From the IMG/VR virus record IMGVR_UViG_3300037258_000046, positions 1-64,000 of that record: a stretch of 64,000 bases of DNA; one strand, 5' to 3'. Position numbers and translations under genes: made by a program. The notes below the pieces were generated by a model. It was not told the origin of the DNA and did no database searches. It worked only from the letters and a program-made list of their open reading frames with translations. The stretch is from a virus. Below, piece after piece: positions 45,430-55,888 of this stretch (positions are counted from its first letter, which is position 1; each line of letters opens with the position of its first letter).

Positions 45430-46373
45430 TGACCGGCCGCCGACGGCGTCGAGGAGTGCTTCACCTTCGGCGGCAGCAGCAGCGTCGTCTTGTGATGCGC
45501 CTGCATCCACGCCTGCAACTGCCCCGCGTCGCTCGCCGACACGTTCGTGATGCCGTTCAGCGCCGCGACGTTGCGCCAGTCGCTCGGCGAGCCCATCTGC
45601 TTGCGCGCGACGTCGTAGAGCGAATCGGTACTCAGTACCCGGTACGCGACCGGCATGACCCCGGCACCATGCCCCGGGCTCGGGCCGCCCGACCCTCCCG
45701 AGCTGCCAGCGCCCGGCGTCGACCCCGACCGCGCGCGGCGCGTGCCGTCGGCCGTCAGCTCCCGGTACTGCTGAAAGGTGACCGTCACGTACTCCGTGCC
45801 GATCTCGCCCGCCTTCTGCGTCGGCGACACGCCCGTGAGCGTCGCGAGCGAGTTCACGATCGGCTTGCTCCATATCTTCGGCTCGTCAGCGAGCAGCCGG
45901 AAGATCCCGTTAGCCTCGGCGATCGCCTCCAGCTCCGCGATGAAAGCCTGCGGCTCGAAGAACCCGTTTTTGGCGTTCGCGGGCCGCTGATCGGTGCCCT
46001 TCCAGACCACGAACGGCTCGTTGTCCCACACGAAGAGCGTGTCGAACTGCCACTGCCGCAGCGACGCTCCCTGCGGCCGCGACTGCTCCCTCGCGCTCAG
46101 CGTCTCGAACGGATTCCACGGCGCCAGCAGCGGGCGCGTGAACTCGTTCAGCGGCGGGCACTGAAACCGAAATGGCGTCTTGAGGATGCCGTCGGCCGTG
46201 ACGCCCTTCTCCGCCCGCAGCGTCACGCGGATCCCGCCGTCCTTGTCAAAGCCCACGTTCTGACGGTTGCTCCCGTCGCTCGCTGACTTCTTGCCCGACT
46301 GCGTCGACGTCGGATACTTCGACGTCGGCTGCGTCTGCCCCTGCCCCGGCGCGTAGCTATTCGCCGGGCTCAC
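45426..46373 (-). CDS. tail tube initiator with LysM (XkdP-like)
   Basis: FQCPP...YVTVTFQQYR; YRVLSTDSLYDVARKQMGSPSDWRNVAALNGI. Confidence 0.8.
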   Translation of the reverse strand: MSPANSYAPGQGQTQPTSKYPTSTQSGKKSASDGSNRQNVGFDKDGGIRVTLRAEKGVTADGILKTPFRFQCPPLNEFTRPLLAPWNPFETLSAREQSRPQGASLRQWQFDTLFVWDNEPFVVWKGTDQRPANAKNGFFEPQAFIAELEAIAEANGIFRLLADEPKIWSKPIVNSLATLTGVSPTQKAGEIGTEYVTVTFQQYRELTADGTRRARSGSTPGAGSSGGSGGPSPGHGAGVMPVAYRVLSTDSLYDVARKQMGSPSDWRNVAALNGITNVSASDAGQLQAWMQAHHKTTLLLPPKVKHSSTPSAAGQ

Positions 46374-49300
46374 CGCAGCAGACTCAATTCGCTCTCGAAG
46401 CTCACGCGCTCGTGCTCCTCGGCGATCTCGCTCGCGAGCTGCCGCAGCTCCGCCTCGACCGCCGCACGCACCTCGCGGTGCAAGTCGCCCGGGCGCTTCC
46501 ACTCGATGTTCTGAATCGTCACCTGCACGATCACATCACCACGGCCGGTCGAGCTGCTCCCACTCGCCGGGCTGATCGACACCGTCTCCGGCACATCACC
46601 GACGCCGATCAGCGTCGGCCGGTCATAGGTGAACTCGCCGCCCGCGGCATGCCAGCCACCCCACTTCGGGCGCCCGCCCTTCGCGTACCAGCCGTCGGCC
46701 TCCTCGTGGCCCCACGCCGCGCCCGGCGAGCCGTAGCGCTGCCTGATGTACCCAAGCCCCCAAGCGATCTGCCCGGCCGCGTCTCCGAGCGCCACGGGCC
46801 CGTGCCCGAGGCTCTGAGCGATCCCGGCCGCGCCGCTAGTGGGATTGACCGCCGTGTCGCTCCAGCCGCTCTCACGCGTCCACAGCGCGTTCAGGTACGG
46901 CCACTGAGACGCAGGCCACCCGGCCGAGATCATCATGCGCCGCCCGATCTGCTGATTCACGCTCGGCGCCGTCCCCATCCCGCCGGGCACCGCGCCACCG
47001 CCGCCGCCTAGTGAGTTCATCCCGCTGAGGAGCGCCATCAGCTCCTTGATCAGCGGCGAGTTCACGAGCGCCCCCGCGATGCCGCCCGCCGCGCTCGACG
47101 TCTTCACGCCCACGCCAGCGAAGATGTTGCCGCCCGTCGCGTACCCCGGCGCCATGTGCGCGCTCGTCTCCCCCGCCACGAGCTGCCCGAGCGTCTTGCC
47201 GTACGCCGCCATCGTCGCGGCGCTCGCGCGCGCCTCCGTGTGCCGGTTCGCGATCAGCAGCTCGCCACCGCCGACGAACCCCGCGACGTTGCCGGACGGG
47301 TCGAGGATCGACCACGTGTCGCCCGAGATCGCGCCCGGCACGCGCATGCCCGTCGCCGCCGACGGCGGCGCCAGCCCGACGTAGTTCGTCGACCCTGCCT
47401 TCGCCACGAGCCCCGGGCTCCCCGGCTTCGCGGGCAGGCCCGTGTTCGTGCTCTTGCTCGACGAGAGCTGCGACACGTACTTCGACGCCTGCGCCGGGCT
47501 GTAGCCCATCGCCTCAAGTGCCCCCAGCGCCTCGCTCTTCATTGTCGCGAAATCCCCGGCCAGCTTCGCCTGAGCCCGGTCGATCGGGTTCGAGATGGCC
47601 GTGCTGATCTGGCTCCACTGCTGAGTCGACCCGTCGAGCACCTGGCCGTTGACCACCTTGATATTCGAGCCGAGGGTATGCATGTCCTGAGTGATCCCGG
47701 CCTGCAAATCGTCCATCGGCTTTTTGACGGCCGGGTTCTTCTGCTGCATCTGCTGAGCCCACGAATCCATCGCCTGCGCGAGCGACAGCCGCCCCGTCGG
47801 CGTCAGGTCATCGAGCTGCTGCTTGATCCCGGCGGCGAGCGCCGTCGTCTGCCGCTGCACCATCGAAGCTCGCGTGTCCGGCGTCGCCGCGTCATAGCCG
47901 GAGAGCCCCTTCATAAACGCATCGGTCCAGCTCTTCGCCGCCGAGCGGCCCTCACCCTCGACCGCGGCGATCGCGACGCCATGGACCCACTTACCCATCT
48001 GATGCTGCGCCGGAGTGTCGGAGTCCGAGCTAGTGACGCGCGCCAGCTCCGCCTCGTGGATCGCCTGCGTCCACAGCCCCTTCGCCAGATCCGAGGTGGC
48101 CTTCTTTGCCTGCGCCTTGAGCGCCGCGTCCTGCTGCGCCCCGCCGCCAGCGGACCCCTCGTAAAGACCCATCGTCGCCGCCACCGGGATCGTGACCGGC
48201 AGCAGCGCCGCGCCCAGCCCCGCACCGACCGCGCGGCCCACGGACCCGCCGATGACTCGCTGCCCGAGATTCGCGCCGCCGCGGATCGGCACCGCCGCGC
48301 CAGCCGCGATGTCGGTCCCCTCGCCGCTCGCCGTCTGCGTCGACCCGAGCCCCTTCAAGATCGCCTGCGTCGCCATCCCGACCACCGCACCGATGATCGG
48401 ATTGCCGCCGCTCAACACCGTCCCCGCGACCGCGCCGAGCGCCGACCCAGCGCCGAGGCCGCCGACCGTCTTCCCGAGCTGCCCCGGGAGAAGCTGCCCG
48501 AGGATCTGCGTCGCCGCGTACGCCATGCCAGCCGACGTCCCCGCCCGCAGCAGCGTCGCCGCACCACCCGCCAAGCCCCCAAGCGCCGACCGGCCAAGCG
48601 CCGAGATCCCGCCCGTCGTCTCCGCGCCGACGATGCCCTCCACGCCAGCCCCGCCCGCAGCCTCCGCCGCGGGCAGCGCCGCGCGCTCCGCCGCCACCGA
48701 CTCCGGCACCAACAGGCCCGAGTTGACGCGCGCGAACCCCGGCGTCAGCAGCGCAGCCTCCTCAGCACCCGTCGCCGACGCCGCAGTCGCCGCAGGCATC
48801 GCCGACGTCCGCGCGACCGTCGCATCAGTCGCCGCCGTCTCCTCAGCCGTCGCCGCCACCCCGGCCGGAGTGAACGGCACGCCGCCCGGGCCCGCGACCA
48901 CCATCACCGCCAGTGGATTCTCGATCGACCCCGGCCCGACGAACGACTTGTAACCCCACCCGAGCGCCGACGTCCCCGCCGACGTCCCCGCCGCCGCCGT
49001 GGCCGCCCCGCCGCCGCCAGCGTAGGCATCGAGCTTGTTCGCCATCTGGAAGGGGAAGCTCGCGACGCTCTTGCCGAACTCCGCGAAGGTCTTGACCGCC
49101 CCACCGATCCGGCGCGCCACGTTCACCCCGAGCGCCACGACGCTCGCGACCAGCACCCCACCGATCACGGCCGCCAGCGCCTCCGCCGCGGTCTTGTTCT
49201 CCGTGAACCAGTGAAACACCTCCTTCCCGTCGTCGATGACCTTCTCGACCTCCGGGATCAAAACGTCGCCGAGCCGGACGCCCAGCGACTCCGCGGCCCC

Positions 49301-50587
49301 CTCGAACTGATGGAACTGCACGCCCAGGGTGCCGTACGCCTTCGTGACGTCGGTATTGAATCGGCTCGCGGTCTGCCCGAGCTGCTCGTACTTGCCCTGG
49401 AGCTTGTCCTGAGACTGGAAGAGGTTCTCGACGATCGTCGCGCCGCGAATGCCGCCGAAGGACCGCGAGATCACCGCCGCCGCGCCGCTCGCCGACAACC
49501 CCGACGCCTCCATGTGCTTCTGCAAATCGCGCAGCGCCACGAGCACGCCATCCGGCTTGCGCAGATCGTCAGCGACCCGCGTCGTCGACACGCCCGCCTT
49601 CTCCAGCAGCGCCGACATCTGCGCGCTCGCCGAGAGCGCCTGCGTCGGCGTCAGCCCGATCTGCTCCAAGATCCCGGCCGCCATCTTCGGCGGCGCCGCC
49701 ATCTCCACGAGCGCCGTGCGCAGCAGCGTCGCCGCGCGCTGCGCAGGCTGCCCCTTGTCGGTCAGCACGTCGAGCGCCGCGCCGACGCTCTGCATCGAGA
49801 TGCCGAAGTTCCGCGCCGTCGGCACGATCCCGGTCGAGAGCGCATTCATCAAATCCTGCATGTGCATGTCGCCAGCGCCGACGATCGCGTTGAGCATCGC
49901 CATGCTCTTGTGCGCTTGCGGGATCGTGGTCTGCCCGAGCGCGTTCATCAACGACGACAGCACGTAGGTGGTCTGCGTCAGATTCGAGCCGCCGACGGTC
50001 GCGCCCTCAGCTGCGATCCGCAAGATCCCCAGCTCCGTTCGCGCCCGCCCAACGGACGGGATCAGGTTGTTCATCGACGAGACGATGTGATACATGCCGC
50101 CCGCCAGTTCGTCCGGCGTCTGGCCGACCGCCCCCGCCATGTCGAGAATGCCCTTGCGCAGCTTGTCGGTCGCGGCCACCCCGACGTTCGCCTGAGTCTC
50201 GAACTGCGTCGTCATGCTCTGAAACTTCGTCGCGAGATCCACCCCGGCCGCAGCGACGCCAACCATCGTCGCGATCGTCGCCTTCCCGGTCGTGACCATC
50301 GCGCTGCCGCTATCAGCCCACGCCTTAGTCACCCGCCCCGCCGCGGCCTCGTGAGTCGCCGCAGCCCGAGTCGCCGTCGCCGCGCTCGCGCCAGCCGCGG
50401 CATCCATCTCCCCGAACGCCACAGCGCCCTTCCGCGTCCCGGCCGACACCTGAGCCATCGACTCGTCGGCCGTGACGCCCAGCACCTTGAGCCGCTCTTC
50501 CGTCTTGTCGGCGGCCGCGTTGATCTCGCCCAGCAGCTCGGGAGCGTTCGAGACAAGCTCGAAGGTGCCCGTGATCACCGCAGTCAT
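46370..50587 (-). CDS. tape measure protein with C-terminal lytic transglycosylase-like domain
   Basis: 1405 aa, Ala/Gly-rich, TP901-like core; WPYLNALWTRESGW...NPTSGAAGIAQ...QIAWGLGYIRQRYG. Confidence 0.9.
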   Translation of the reverse strand: MTAVITGTFELVSNAPELLGEINAAADKTEERLKVLGVTADESMAQVSAGTRKGAVAFGEMDAAAGASAATATRAAATHEAAAGRVTKAWADSGSAMVTTGKATIATMVGVAAAGVDLATKFQSMTTQFETQANVGVAATDKLRKGILDMAGAVGQTPDELAGGMYHIVSSMNNLIPSVGRARTELGILRIAAEGATVGGSNLTQTTYVLSSLMNALGQTTIPQAHKSMAMLNAIVGAGDMHMQDLMNALSTGIVPTARNFGISMQSVGAALDVLTDKGQPAQRAATLLRTALVEMAAPPKMAAGILEQIGLTPTQALSASAQMSALLEKAGVSTTRVADDLRKPDGVLVALRDLQKHMEASGLSASGAAAVISRSFGGIRGATIVENLFQSQDKLQGKYEQLGQTASRFNTDVTKAYGTLGVQFHQFEGAAESLGVRLGDVLIPEVEKVIDDGKEVFHWFTENKTAAEALAAVIGGVLVASVVALGVNVARRIGGAVKTFAEFGKSVASFPFQMANKLDAYAGGGGAATAAAGTSAGTSALGWGYKSFVGPGSIENPLAVMVVAGPGGVPFTPAGVAATAEETAATDATVARTSAMPAATAASATGAEEAALLTPGFARVNSGLLVPESVAAERAALPAAEAAGGAGVEGIVGAETTGGISALGRSALGGLAGGAATLLRAGTSAGMAYAATQILGQLLPGQLGKTVGGLGAGSALGAVAGTVLSGGNPIIGAVVGMATQAILKGLGSTQTASGEGTDIAAGAAVPIRGGANLGQRVIGGSVGRAVGAGLGAALLPVTIPVAATMGLYEGSAGGGAQQDAALKAQAKKATSDLAKGLWTQAIHEAELARVTSSDSDTPAQHQMGKWVHGVAIAAVEGEGRSAAKSWTDAFMKGLSGYDAATPDTRASMVQRQTTALAAGIKQQLDDLTPTGRLSLAQAMDSWAQQMQQKNPAVKKPMDDLQAGITQDMHTLGSNIKVVNGQVLDGSTQQWSQISTAISNPIDRAQAKLAGDFATMKSEALGALEAMGYSPAQASKYVSQLSSSKSTNTGLPAKPGSPGLVAKAGSTNYVGLAPPSAATGMRVPGAISGDTWSILDPSGNVAGFVGGGELLIANRHTEARASAATMAAYGKTLGQLVAGETSAHMAPGYATGGNIFAGVGVKTSSAAGGIAGALVNSPLIKELMALLSGMNSLGGGGGAVPGGMGTAPSVNQQIGRRMMISAGWPASQWPYLNALWTRESGWSDTAVNPTSGAAGIAQSLGHGPVALGDAAGQIAWGLGYIRQRYGSPGAAWGHEEADGWYAKGGRPKWGGWHAAGGEFTYDRPTLIGVGDVPETVSISPASGSSSTGRGDVIVQVTIQNIEWKRPGDLHREVRAAVEAELRQLASEIAEEHERVSFESELSLLR

Positions 50588-50597
50588 CCGGCGCCCC

Positions 50598-50888
50598 CTA
50601 CGGCCGCGGCATAGCCCCTCTCGCGTGCGGCGAGCGCTCCAGCGGCGTCACGTCCACCTCGACCAGCTCCTCGTCGCGCAGCCCCGCGTAGCGGCCGCAC
50701 GCATACATGAAATGGCGATAGGCAGGCAGCCGGGGGAACTGCGGCGGCAGTTCCGGATGACCGATCGGCCGGAGATCCGCCCCGAGCCCGTTGAAGACCC
50801 GAAACGGCTCCAGCCAATCGCCCCCGCCCGTACGCCAGACGTGGTACGCCAGCCACGCCTCGCGACGGGCCCCGATCAGGACTTTCCC
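50598..50888 (-). CDS. tail assembly chaperone -1 frameshift extension (gpGT-like)
   Basis: GGGAAAG at 50882-88; the -1 frame KVLIGARREAWLAYHVW... is open to TAG 50598. Confidence 0.75.
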   Translation of the reverse strand, partial: GKVLIGARREAWLAYHVWRTGGGDWLEPFRVFNGLGADLRPIGHPELPPQFPRLPAYRHFMYACGRYAGLRDEELVEVDVTPLERSPHARGAMPRP

Positions 50889-51460
50889 GCACTGACCTCC
50901 CTGATCGCGCTCTCGTTGATCGCCAGACGCGACAGGCGCAGGATCTCCGTTTCGAGCTGCAAGATCACGCCCGGGTTCTTGCGAAAGAAGTCGCGCAACA
51001 TCTGCGCCGTATCAGCCGGACGCACGTCGCTGTCGATGCCCATACGAACCTCGCCCAGGTCCGGCTTGACGATCCCGTACGCGCACACGTAGCTCGCGCG
51101 CTTGAGCGCCTCCAGCTCGTCGACGCCGCGCTCGCGCTTCACGCCGAGCTTCTGCGCCGCCTGCCACTGATCCCACGTGATCGGCGCACACTTGATCCGC
51201 CACAGCTCCGCATCGGTGCCGGTCGGGCCGATCTCGACGTCGAACTCCTTCTCGTCCTGCGGCGTCTCGCCCGGCCGCGCACGCCGATCGCCGAGAAAGT
51301 ACGCCGTCAGCGCATCCTGCTCAACGGCCCCGAGCTTCTCGCCGTCAGCCGCCCGGCCGATCAGCTCGTCATCGGTAGACCGCGGACGCTCCTCGCCGCG
51401 CTCGGAACCCTCTAGGGCAGCGGAGAGCCCGCTGCGATCATCTGCCTGCTCTTCTGACAT
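50876..51460 (-). CDS. tail assembly chaperone
   Basis: Between tube and TMP; ends ...SAGKS at the slippery site. Confidence 0.8.
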   Translation of the reverse strand: MSEEQADDRSGLSAALEGSERGEERPRSTDDELIGRAADGEKLGAVEQDALTAYFLGDRRARPGETPQDEKEFDVEIGPTGTDAELWRIKCAPITWDQWQAAQKLGVKRERGVDELEALKRASYVCAYGIVKPDLGEVRMGIDSDVRPADTAQMLRDFFRKNPGVILQLETEILRLSRLAINESAIREVSAGKS

Positions 51461-51759
51461 GACTCCTCCGAGTCTCGTTGGCTACGAAGGTGAGGTGCCC
51501 CACCATCGCCAGCGCCGTCCCGTGGATCGGCGCCCGCGAGCGGGTCGGTTGCCTCGTGGTTCTCGGGCAGGAGCCCAAGAAGACTGTCGTAGAAGTGATG
51601 CGACACCTGCCGCAACCACGACTCAAACTGATCGGCCTCGATCGAGTACTCGACCTCAAGCGCCGCGAGCTTCGCCAGCAGAGCGTCCCGCCCATGCGAA
51701 GGCTTCGACGCGATCTCGCGCTTGATCTCCAGCAGCACCCGCTCGACATCGACGAGCAC
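51412..51759 (-). CDS. hypothetical protein between tube and chaperone
   Basis: GTG 51759 VLVDVERVLLEIKREI...; overlaps the chaperone start. Confidence 0.4.
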   Translation of the reverse strand: MLVDVERVLLEIKREIASKPSHGRDALLAKLAALEVEYSIEADQFESWLRQVSHHFYDSLLGLLPENHEATDPLAGADPRDGAGDGGAPHLRSQRDSEESCQKSRQMIAAGSPLP

Positions 51760-51773
51760 CCGGCTCGCCCTTC

Positions 51774-52328
51774 CTACTGCGTCGGCGAGTCGAGGTAGGT
51801 GATCAGCGGCAGACCCGTCGTCGGGTCGACCTGCTGTCCCTGAATCTCGTACAGGTAGATCGGCGTCTCGTCTTCCCAGCGGAAGTCGTACGTCCGCGAC
51901 TCCAGATCGTTCGCCGTCTGGAAGCCCAGCGGCAAGTTGAAGAGACGGCACCCGTCGAGCTGCCACGCCTCGATGCCGAGCGCACCCGGATCGTCGAGGT
52001 AGACCTGCATCGAGAACGTCCGATTGAACGGCGTCCCGGCGTCGCGCATCTTCCGCAGCGTCGCAAGGTCCGTCCCAATGAAGCCGTAGATGTCGTTCTC
52101 CCAGCGGCCGTCGATCTTCTGGATCGTGAGCTGCCCGCCGGTACGCGTGATCATGCCGTCCTTCACGCCGTTACGGTTCGTCCCGGCCAGCGGCACGTCG
52201 ACCTGAGCGATCGTCACGGTCGCGGTCACGCCCGTGACCTCCATGAGCTGAACGCCGTCGCGCCACGCCTCGCCGTACTTGCCGGAGATCCGGTAGGAGC
52301 CCTGATTGATCACGCTCGAAGCTGCCAT
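51774..52328 (-). CDS. tail tube protein (XkdM-like)
   Basis: RISGKYGEAWRDG...LDDPGALGIE...L..F. Confidence 0.85.
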   Translation of the reverse strand: MAASSVINQGSYRISGKYGEAWRDGVQLMEVTGVTATVTIAQVDVPLAGTNRNGVKDGMITRTGGQLTIQKIDGRWENDIYGFIGTDLATLRKMRDAGTPFNRTFSMQVYLDDPGALGIEAWQLDGCRLFNLPLGFQTANDLESRTYDFRWEDETPIYLYEIQGQQVDPTTGLPLITYLDSPTQ

Positions 52329-53836
52329 CAGACCGCCACCGCAATCGAGTTGAAGACCTGGCGCAGCGACGGCGAGAACCGGAAGCCGTACTTGATCGCC
52401 ACGAAGTCCTGATCATCGCTCGGCGGCCCAAACGTGCTCGTGTCGATCACGACCGTCGGGTTCGCCTGAATGATGCCCGCGCTCGCACGCTGCCCCGCGA
52501 GCTTGCGGCCCTCACCGATCAGGAAGTCGCGCGTGCGATCGTTCACGTTCAGATCGCCGATGTTGCCGTCGGACTCCTCCAGGAGCGCCTGTAGGTCGCT
52601 CTCGAAGCCCGCCATGATCATCAGGTACTTCACGACGCCGTAGACGTTCGTGCCGTTGAAGAGCGACGGATTGCGCGGATCGAGAGCGCCCGTCGGCTGC
52701 GTGAACGTCGTGCAGCCCTGAGCGATCCTCACGGGCGCGTCCTGACGGCCATCGGCCGAGAACACCGTGAGCCCGAAGCTCGGCGCCTGCTGCTGATCGG
52801 ACGGCTGCGGAGCGTCGCTCTTGAGCTTGACCCCCGCGAAGCGCGCCATGATCAGGTCCGCCTTCTCGCCGCGAGCAGCGATCACGCCCGCGACACGCGG
52901 CGCGAACTGCGCCGTCGAAAGATCGACCGGGATCCCCGGAGTGATGTTGCCGACATCGGTGATCGTGCCGACGCCGATGCGAACCACGAACGGATCGTTG
53001 AGCCCCGACGCCGCCGTCTCGGCCGTGTTGACCGACTCGCCGAGAGCGCCGCCCAAGACCAGCTCGCAGCGCAGCCCGGACGTGTTCTGCGTGTCGACCC
53101 ACGCCTGCACCGACGCCGCGATCGACGGGTCGCTCAGGTTCGCGAACGCGAGCACCCGAAACTCCTGATTGGCCAGCGCCGCCAGAGCGCTCGTGTAGTC
53201 GCCCGCGATGTAGGTCGTCCCGTCGTTGCCGCCCGAGAGCGCAGCGGCCGAGACGTTCGCGAGCGCCACGCCGTCGATCGTCAGCGACGCCGACACATAG
53301 GCCGACACCGCGTTGATCTGAGCGACGAGCGAGCTGATCGACGTCGACGTGTAGGTGTACTTCTCGACGACAGCGCCGCCGAGCAGCACGAGAAGCTGAG
53401 AGGTGCCGCCGACCGCACCGGCCTGCACCGTGAGCGTCAGCGAGTTGCCGAGCGTGCCCGGATAGCGCGCGGTCAGCGCGATCGCGGCCGCCGGGGTCGC
53501 ATTCTGGAGCGAGTGCGCCGCCGAAGCGATCGCGCTCGACAGACCCATGCGCACGGCGAGCACGGCGCTCGCTCCGCCCTTGCCCGAGACGCCCTCGCCG
53601 ACGAAAGCCTGTAGCACCGCGCGACGCAGCTCCGTGTCCCCGGAGCCGAACTTCGCGACGAAGTCGTCGTAGCTGTCGCACAGCGTCGCCTCGTCGTAGG
53701 GGCCCCAATCATGCAGGCCCGCGACTGCGACGATGCCGCCCGGGCTCGGCGCGATGTTCGGCGCCGACTGAGCGACGAAGTCGGTGTACTCGCCCGGCAG
53801 CACCGGACGCGCGCCCTGAGTGAACGTGCCCGCCAT
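52328..53836 (-). CDS. contractile tail sheath protein (XkdK-like)
   Basis: MAGTF...RPVLPGEY.DF...DWGP...ARYPGTLGN...LSGGNDG. Confidence 0.9.
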   Translation of the reverse strand: MAGTFTQGARPVLPGEYTDFVAQSAPNIAPSPGGIVAVAGLHDWGPYDEATLCDSYDDFVAKFGSGDTELRRAVLQAFVGEGVSGKGGASAVLAVRMGLSSAIASAAHSLQNATPAAAIALTARYPGTLGNSLTLTVQAGAVGGTSQLLVLLGGAVVEKYTYTSTSISSLVAQINAVSAYVSASLTIDGVALANVSAAALSGGNDGTTYIAGDYTSALAALANQEFRVLAFANLSDPSIAASVQAWVDTQNTSGLRCELVLGGALGESVNTAETAASGLNDPFVVRIGVGTITDVGNITPGIPVDLSTAQFAPRVAGVIAARGEKADLIMARFAGVKLKSDAPQPSDQQQAPSFGLTVFSADGRQDAPVRIAQGCTTFTQPTGALDPRNPSLFNGTNVYGVVKYLMIMAGFESDLQALLEESDGNIGDLNVNDRTRDFLIGEGRKLAGQRASAGIIQANPTVVIDTSTFGPPSDDQDFVAIKYGFRFSPSLRQVFNSIAVAV

Positions 53837-54189
53837 CAGACAGACGCCTTCTCGGCAGAGCCGGTCGGGTTGTCGACCTTCACCGGAGTATCGAGCCACT
53901 TCTTGACGCGGCCCGCGATGTAGGAGCGACTCACGCTGCGCAGCTTGGCGTCGGGATTCGCGCGGAGCTTGAGCCAATCGTCGTAGAACGCGCCGACGAG
54001 CACGTGATGCCCGAAGCGCGTGATCTCCGGGCCCTCCGACCCGAGAACGCGACGAAGCTCGAACTGCTCCTCGTCCGCACTCGCGTCAGCCTGCGGCTCG
54101 TCGCGATCCTCGTGCTCCGTCTCCGTCTCGTCGCGCTCTTCATCGTCGCGCTCGACGTCATCGGATGGCTTGACTCGCGGGGCGGGCAT
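53836..54189 (-). CDS. small acidic protein upstream of the sheath
   Basis: Coupled to the sheath; GCGCGGC-TATCCT at 54201-13 upstream. Confidence 0.6.
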   Translation of the reverse strand: MPAPRVKPSDDVERDDEERDETETEHEDRDEPQADASADEEQFELRRVLGSEGPEITRFGHHVLVGAFYDDWLKLRANPDAKLRSVSRSYIAGRVKKWLDTPVKVDNPTGSAEKASV

Positions 54190-54238
54190 GACTCCATCTC
54201 AGGATAGCCGCGCTCCGAGAACCAAAGTCAATGTCGCC

Positions 54239-54817
54239 CTAGCGGTCGAATATCTCCGCCGCGACCGGCGTCGCCTTGATCCCCGACAGCACCGTCGACC
54301 CGCGATCAGCGACCGCCCCCGCGCGAAACCACGCCAGCCGCATATCGGCCGCGACCGTCATCAGCCGCGGGTTCACATCGTCAGGGATCGAGCGCGTCGC
54401 CCAAGACGTGATCGTCGCGACGTCCGGCGCGTTGCGCGGCGGGTTGTCCTCGCCGGTCGTGTCGTTCACAAAGTCCCACAGCGGGATCACGCCGCCGCGA
54501 CGCACGACCGGCGGCTGCACGAGCACCCCCGCACGAAGGCCAGCGAACAGCACCTCCTCAAGCTCCGCCGCCACCTGCTCGACCTCGGCGCGCGAGCGGC
54601 CCTCCGCCGGGTACAGATGCACCGTCGCCGCGAGCTGCTTGCGCAGCGAATGCTCCCCGTAGCTGCCGATCGTCATGCTCGGCCCGTTCTGCGTCACGAG
54701 CGCGTACGGCCGCTCCGGCGTCGCGTTCTCAAGCGTCACCCGAATATCCCACGGGGCGCCCAGCATCAGCGCCGCATAGCGCTGCACCGACTTGATGACG
54801 TCCCAATCCGTCCTCAC
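54239..54817 (-). CDS. tail terminator-like protein
   Basis: Synteny; PERPYALV. Confidence 0.6.
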   Translation of the reverse strand: MRTDWDVIKSVQRYAALMLGAPWDIRVTLENATPERPYALVTQNGPSMTIGSYGEHSLRKQLAATVHLYPAEGRSRAEVEQVAAELEEVLFAGLRAGVLVQPPVVRRGGVIPLWDFVNDTTGEDNPPRNAPDVATITSWATRSIPDDVNPRLMTVAADMRLAWFRAGAVADRGSTVLSGIKATPVAAEIFDR

Positions 54818-55353
54818 GCCTCAGCCCCCACAAGCTCCTCCGCGCCGACCTCTTCGCCAGCGACCGCCTCGACCGCGCCACCCGCAGCCCACGCGTCGAG
54901 GATGCCACGCCCGATCATCGGCCACTCGCTATCGGTGATCAGCGTCCCGATCGCGAACATATGCTGCCCGTGCGTGCCCGGATGAAAGACGCTGTCGCGG
55001 AACACGAGTGCGCCCTTGTAGGGGAACCGCAGCTGCATCGCATAGCGCGGGTAGATGTAGTGAGCCGTCGTGTCCCACTCGACGTACTCCGCGATCGGAT
55101 CGTCCGTCGCCGCGGTCACCTCCCAGCCCTTCGGCGTCCGCAACACCGGCAGCCTGTAGATCGACTTGCGAAGCGTCCCCGGCTTGCGGACCTGCACATA
55201 GCCCGGAACGTCGATCACCGGCCCGACCGGCGTGTTCTGCCTGATGTTCAGCCACAGCCGATCGCCCACCGCGTCCGTGATCGCATGCCCGACCGCCAGC
55301 GTGCGCTCCGTCGGAACGAGCATCGACAGCGCCCCCGACTGCTTGTAGGCCAT
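54814..55353 (-). CDS. HK97 gp10-like neck protein
   Basis: NTPVG...GTLRKSI...AEYVEWDT..H...VFHPGT.GQHM. Confidence 0.75.
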   Translation of the reverse strand: MAYKQSGALSMLVPTERTLAVGHAITDAVGDRLWLNIRQNTPVGPVIDVPGYVQVRKPGTLRKSIYRLPVLRTPKGWEVTAATDDPIAEYVEWDTTAHYIYPRYAMQLRFPYKGALVFRDSVFHPGTHGQHMFAIGTLITDSEWPMIGRGILDAWAAGGAVEAVAGEEVGAEELVGAEA

Positions 55354-55763
55354 CAGCCGTTCGCCGCCTCTTCGACGAGCACGCCGAAGCCGTACCAGCC
55401 GATGATGTAGACGCCGTTGTTCAGCAGTTCCGGCTGCCCGTCGACGTCGATCGTCGGCGAGCCCAGCGGGCCCGCGTCGATGAAGCGAATGCGGTCCGAC
55501 GGGCCGATCGTCACCGGGTTGCCCTCGACGTCGACGGGCTGCGCGAGAAACTCGTAGCGCACCGTCACCTCGCGCGCCGTGTCCCCCGCAGCGTTGCCCG
55601 CATCCGCCCGCGGCCGCGTCGGCGCCGGGAACATCAGCCGGGCCGCGAACTGCGGGCCCAGCACCTCGCTCAGCTCGCCGTAGGACCCCTGCGGCGAGCG
55701 CACCAGCGACCGCGACCGCTCGACGAGCTGCGCGACGTGGATCGTCGCCGACTCCATCGGCAT
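55353..55763 (-). CDS. head closure-like protein
   Basis: Synteny and size. Confidence 0.55.
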   Translation of the reverse strand: MPMESATIHVAQLVERSRSLVRSPQGSYGELSEVLGPQFAARLMFPAPTRPRADAGNAAGDTAREVTVRYEFLAQPVDVEGNPVTIGPSDRIRFIDAGPLGSPTIDVDGQPELLNNGVYIIGWYGFGVLVEEAANG

Positions 55764-55888
55764 GCGCTCACCTCGCCTTCACGCTCGCCGGGACCGGATG
55801 GCAGACCATGCACACCGGCCTACCCGTCCACGGATGCGCCACATGACGCCCAGCATGCTTGAGCGGCCACGAGCAATCCGCCCGCGGC

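Noticed and set aside
41382-50614. Long plus-strand ORFs (41382-43370, 47156-50614; also 13845-15539 and 58712-60172)
   Set aside because: Arg/Pro-rich antisense shadows of high-GC minus-strand genes; no motifs
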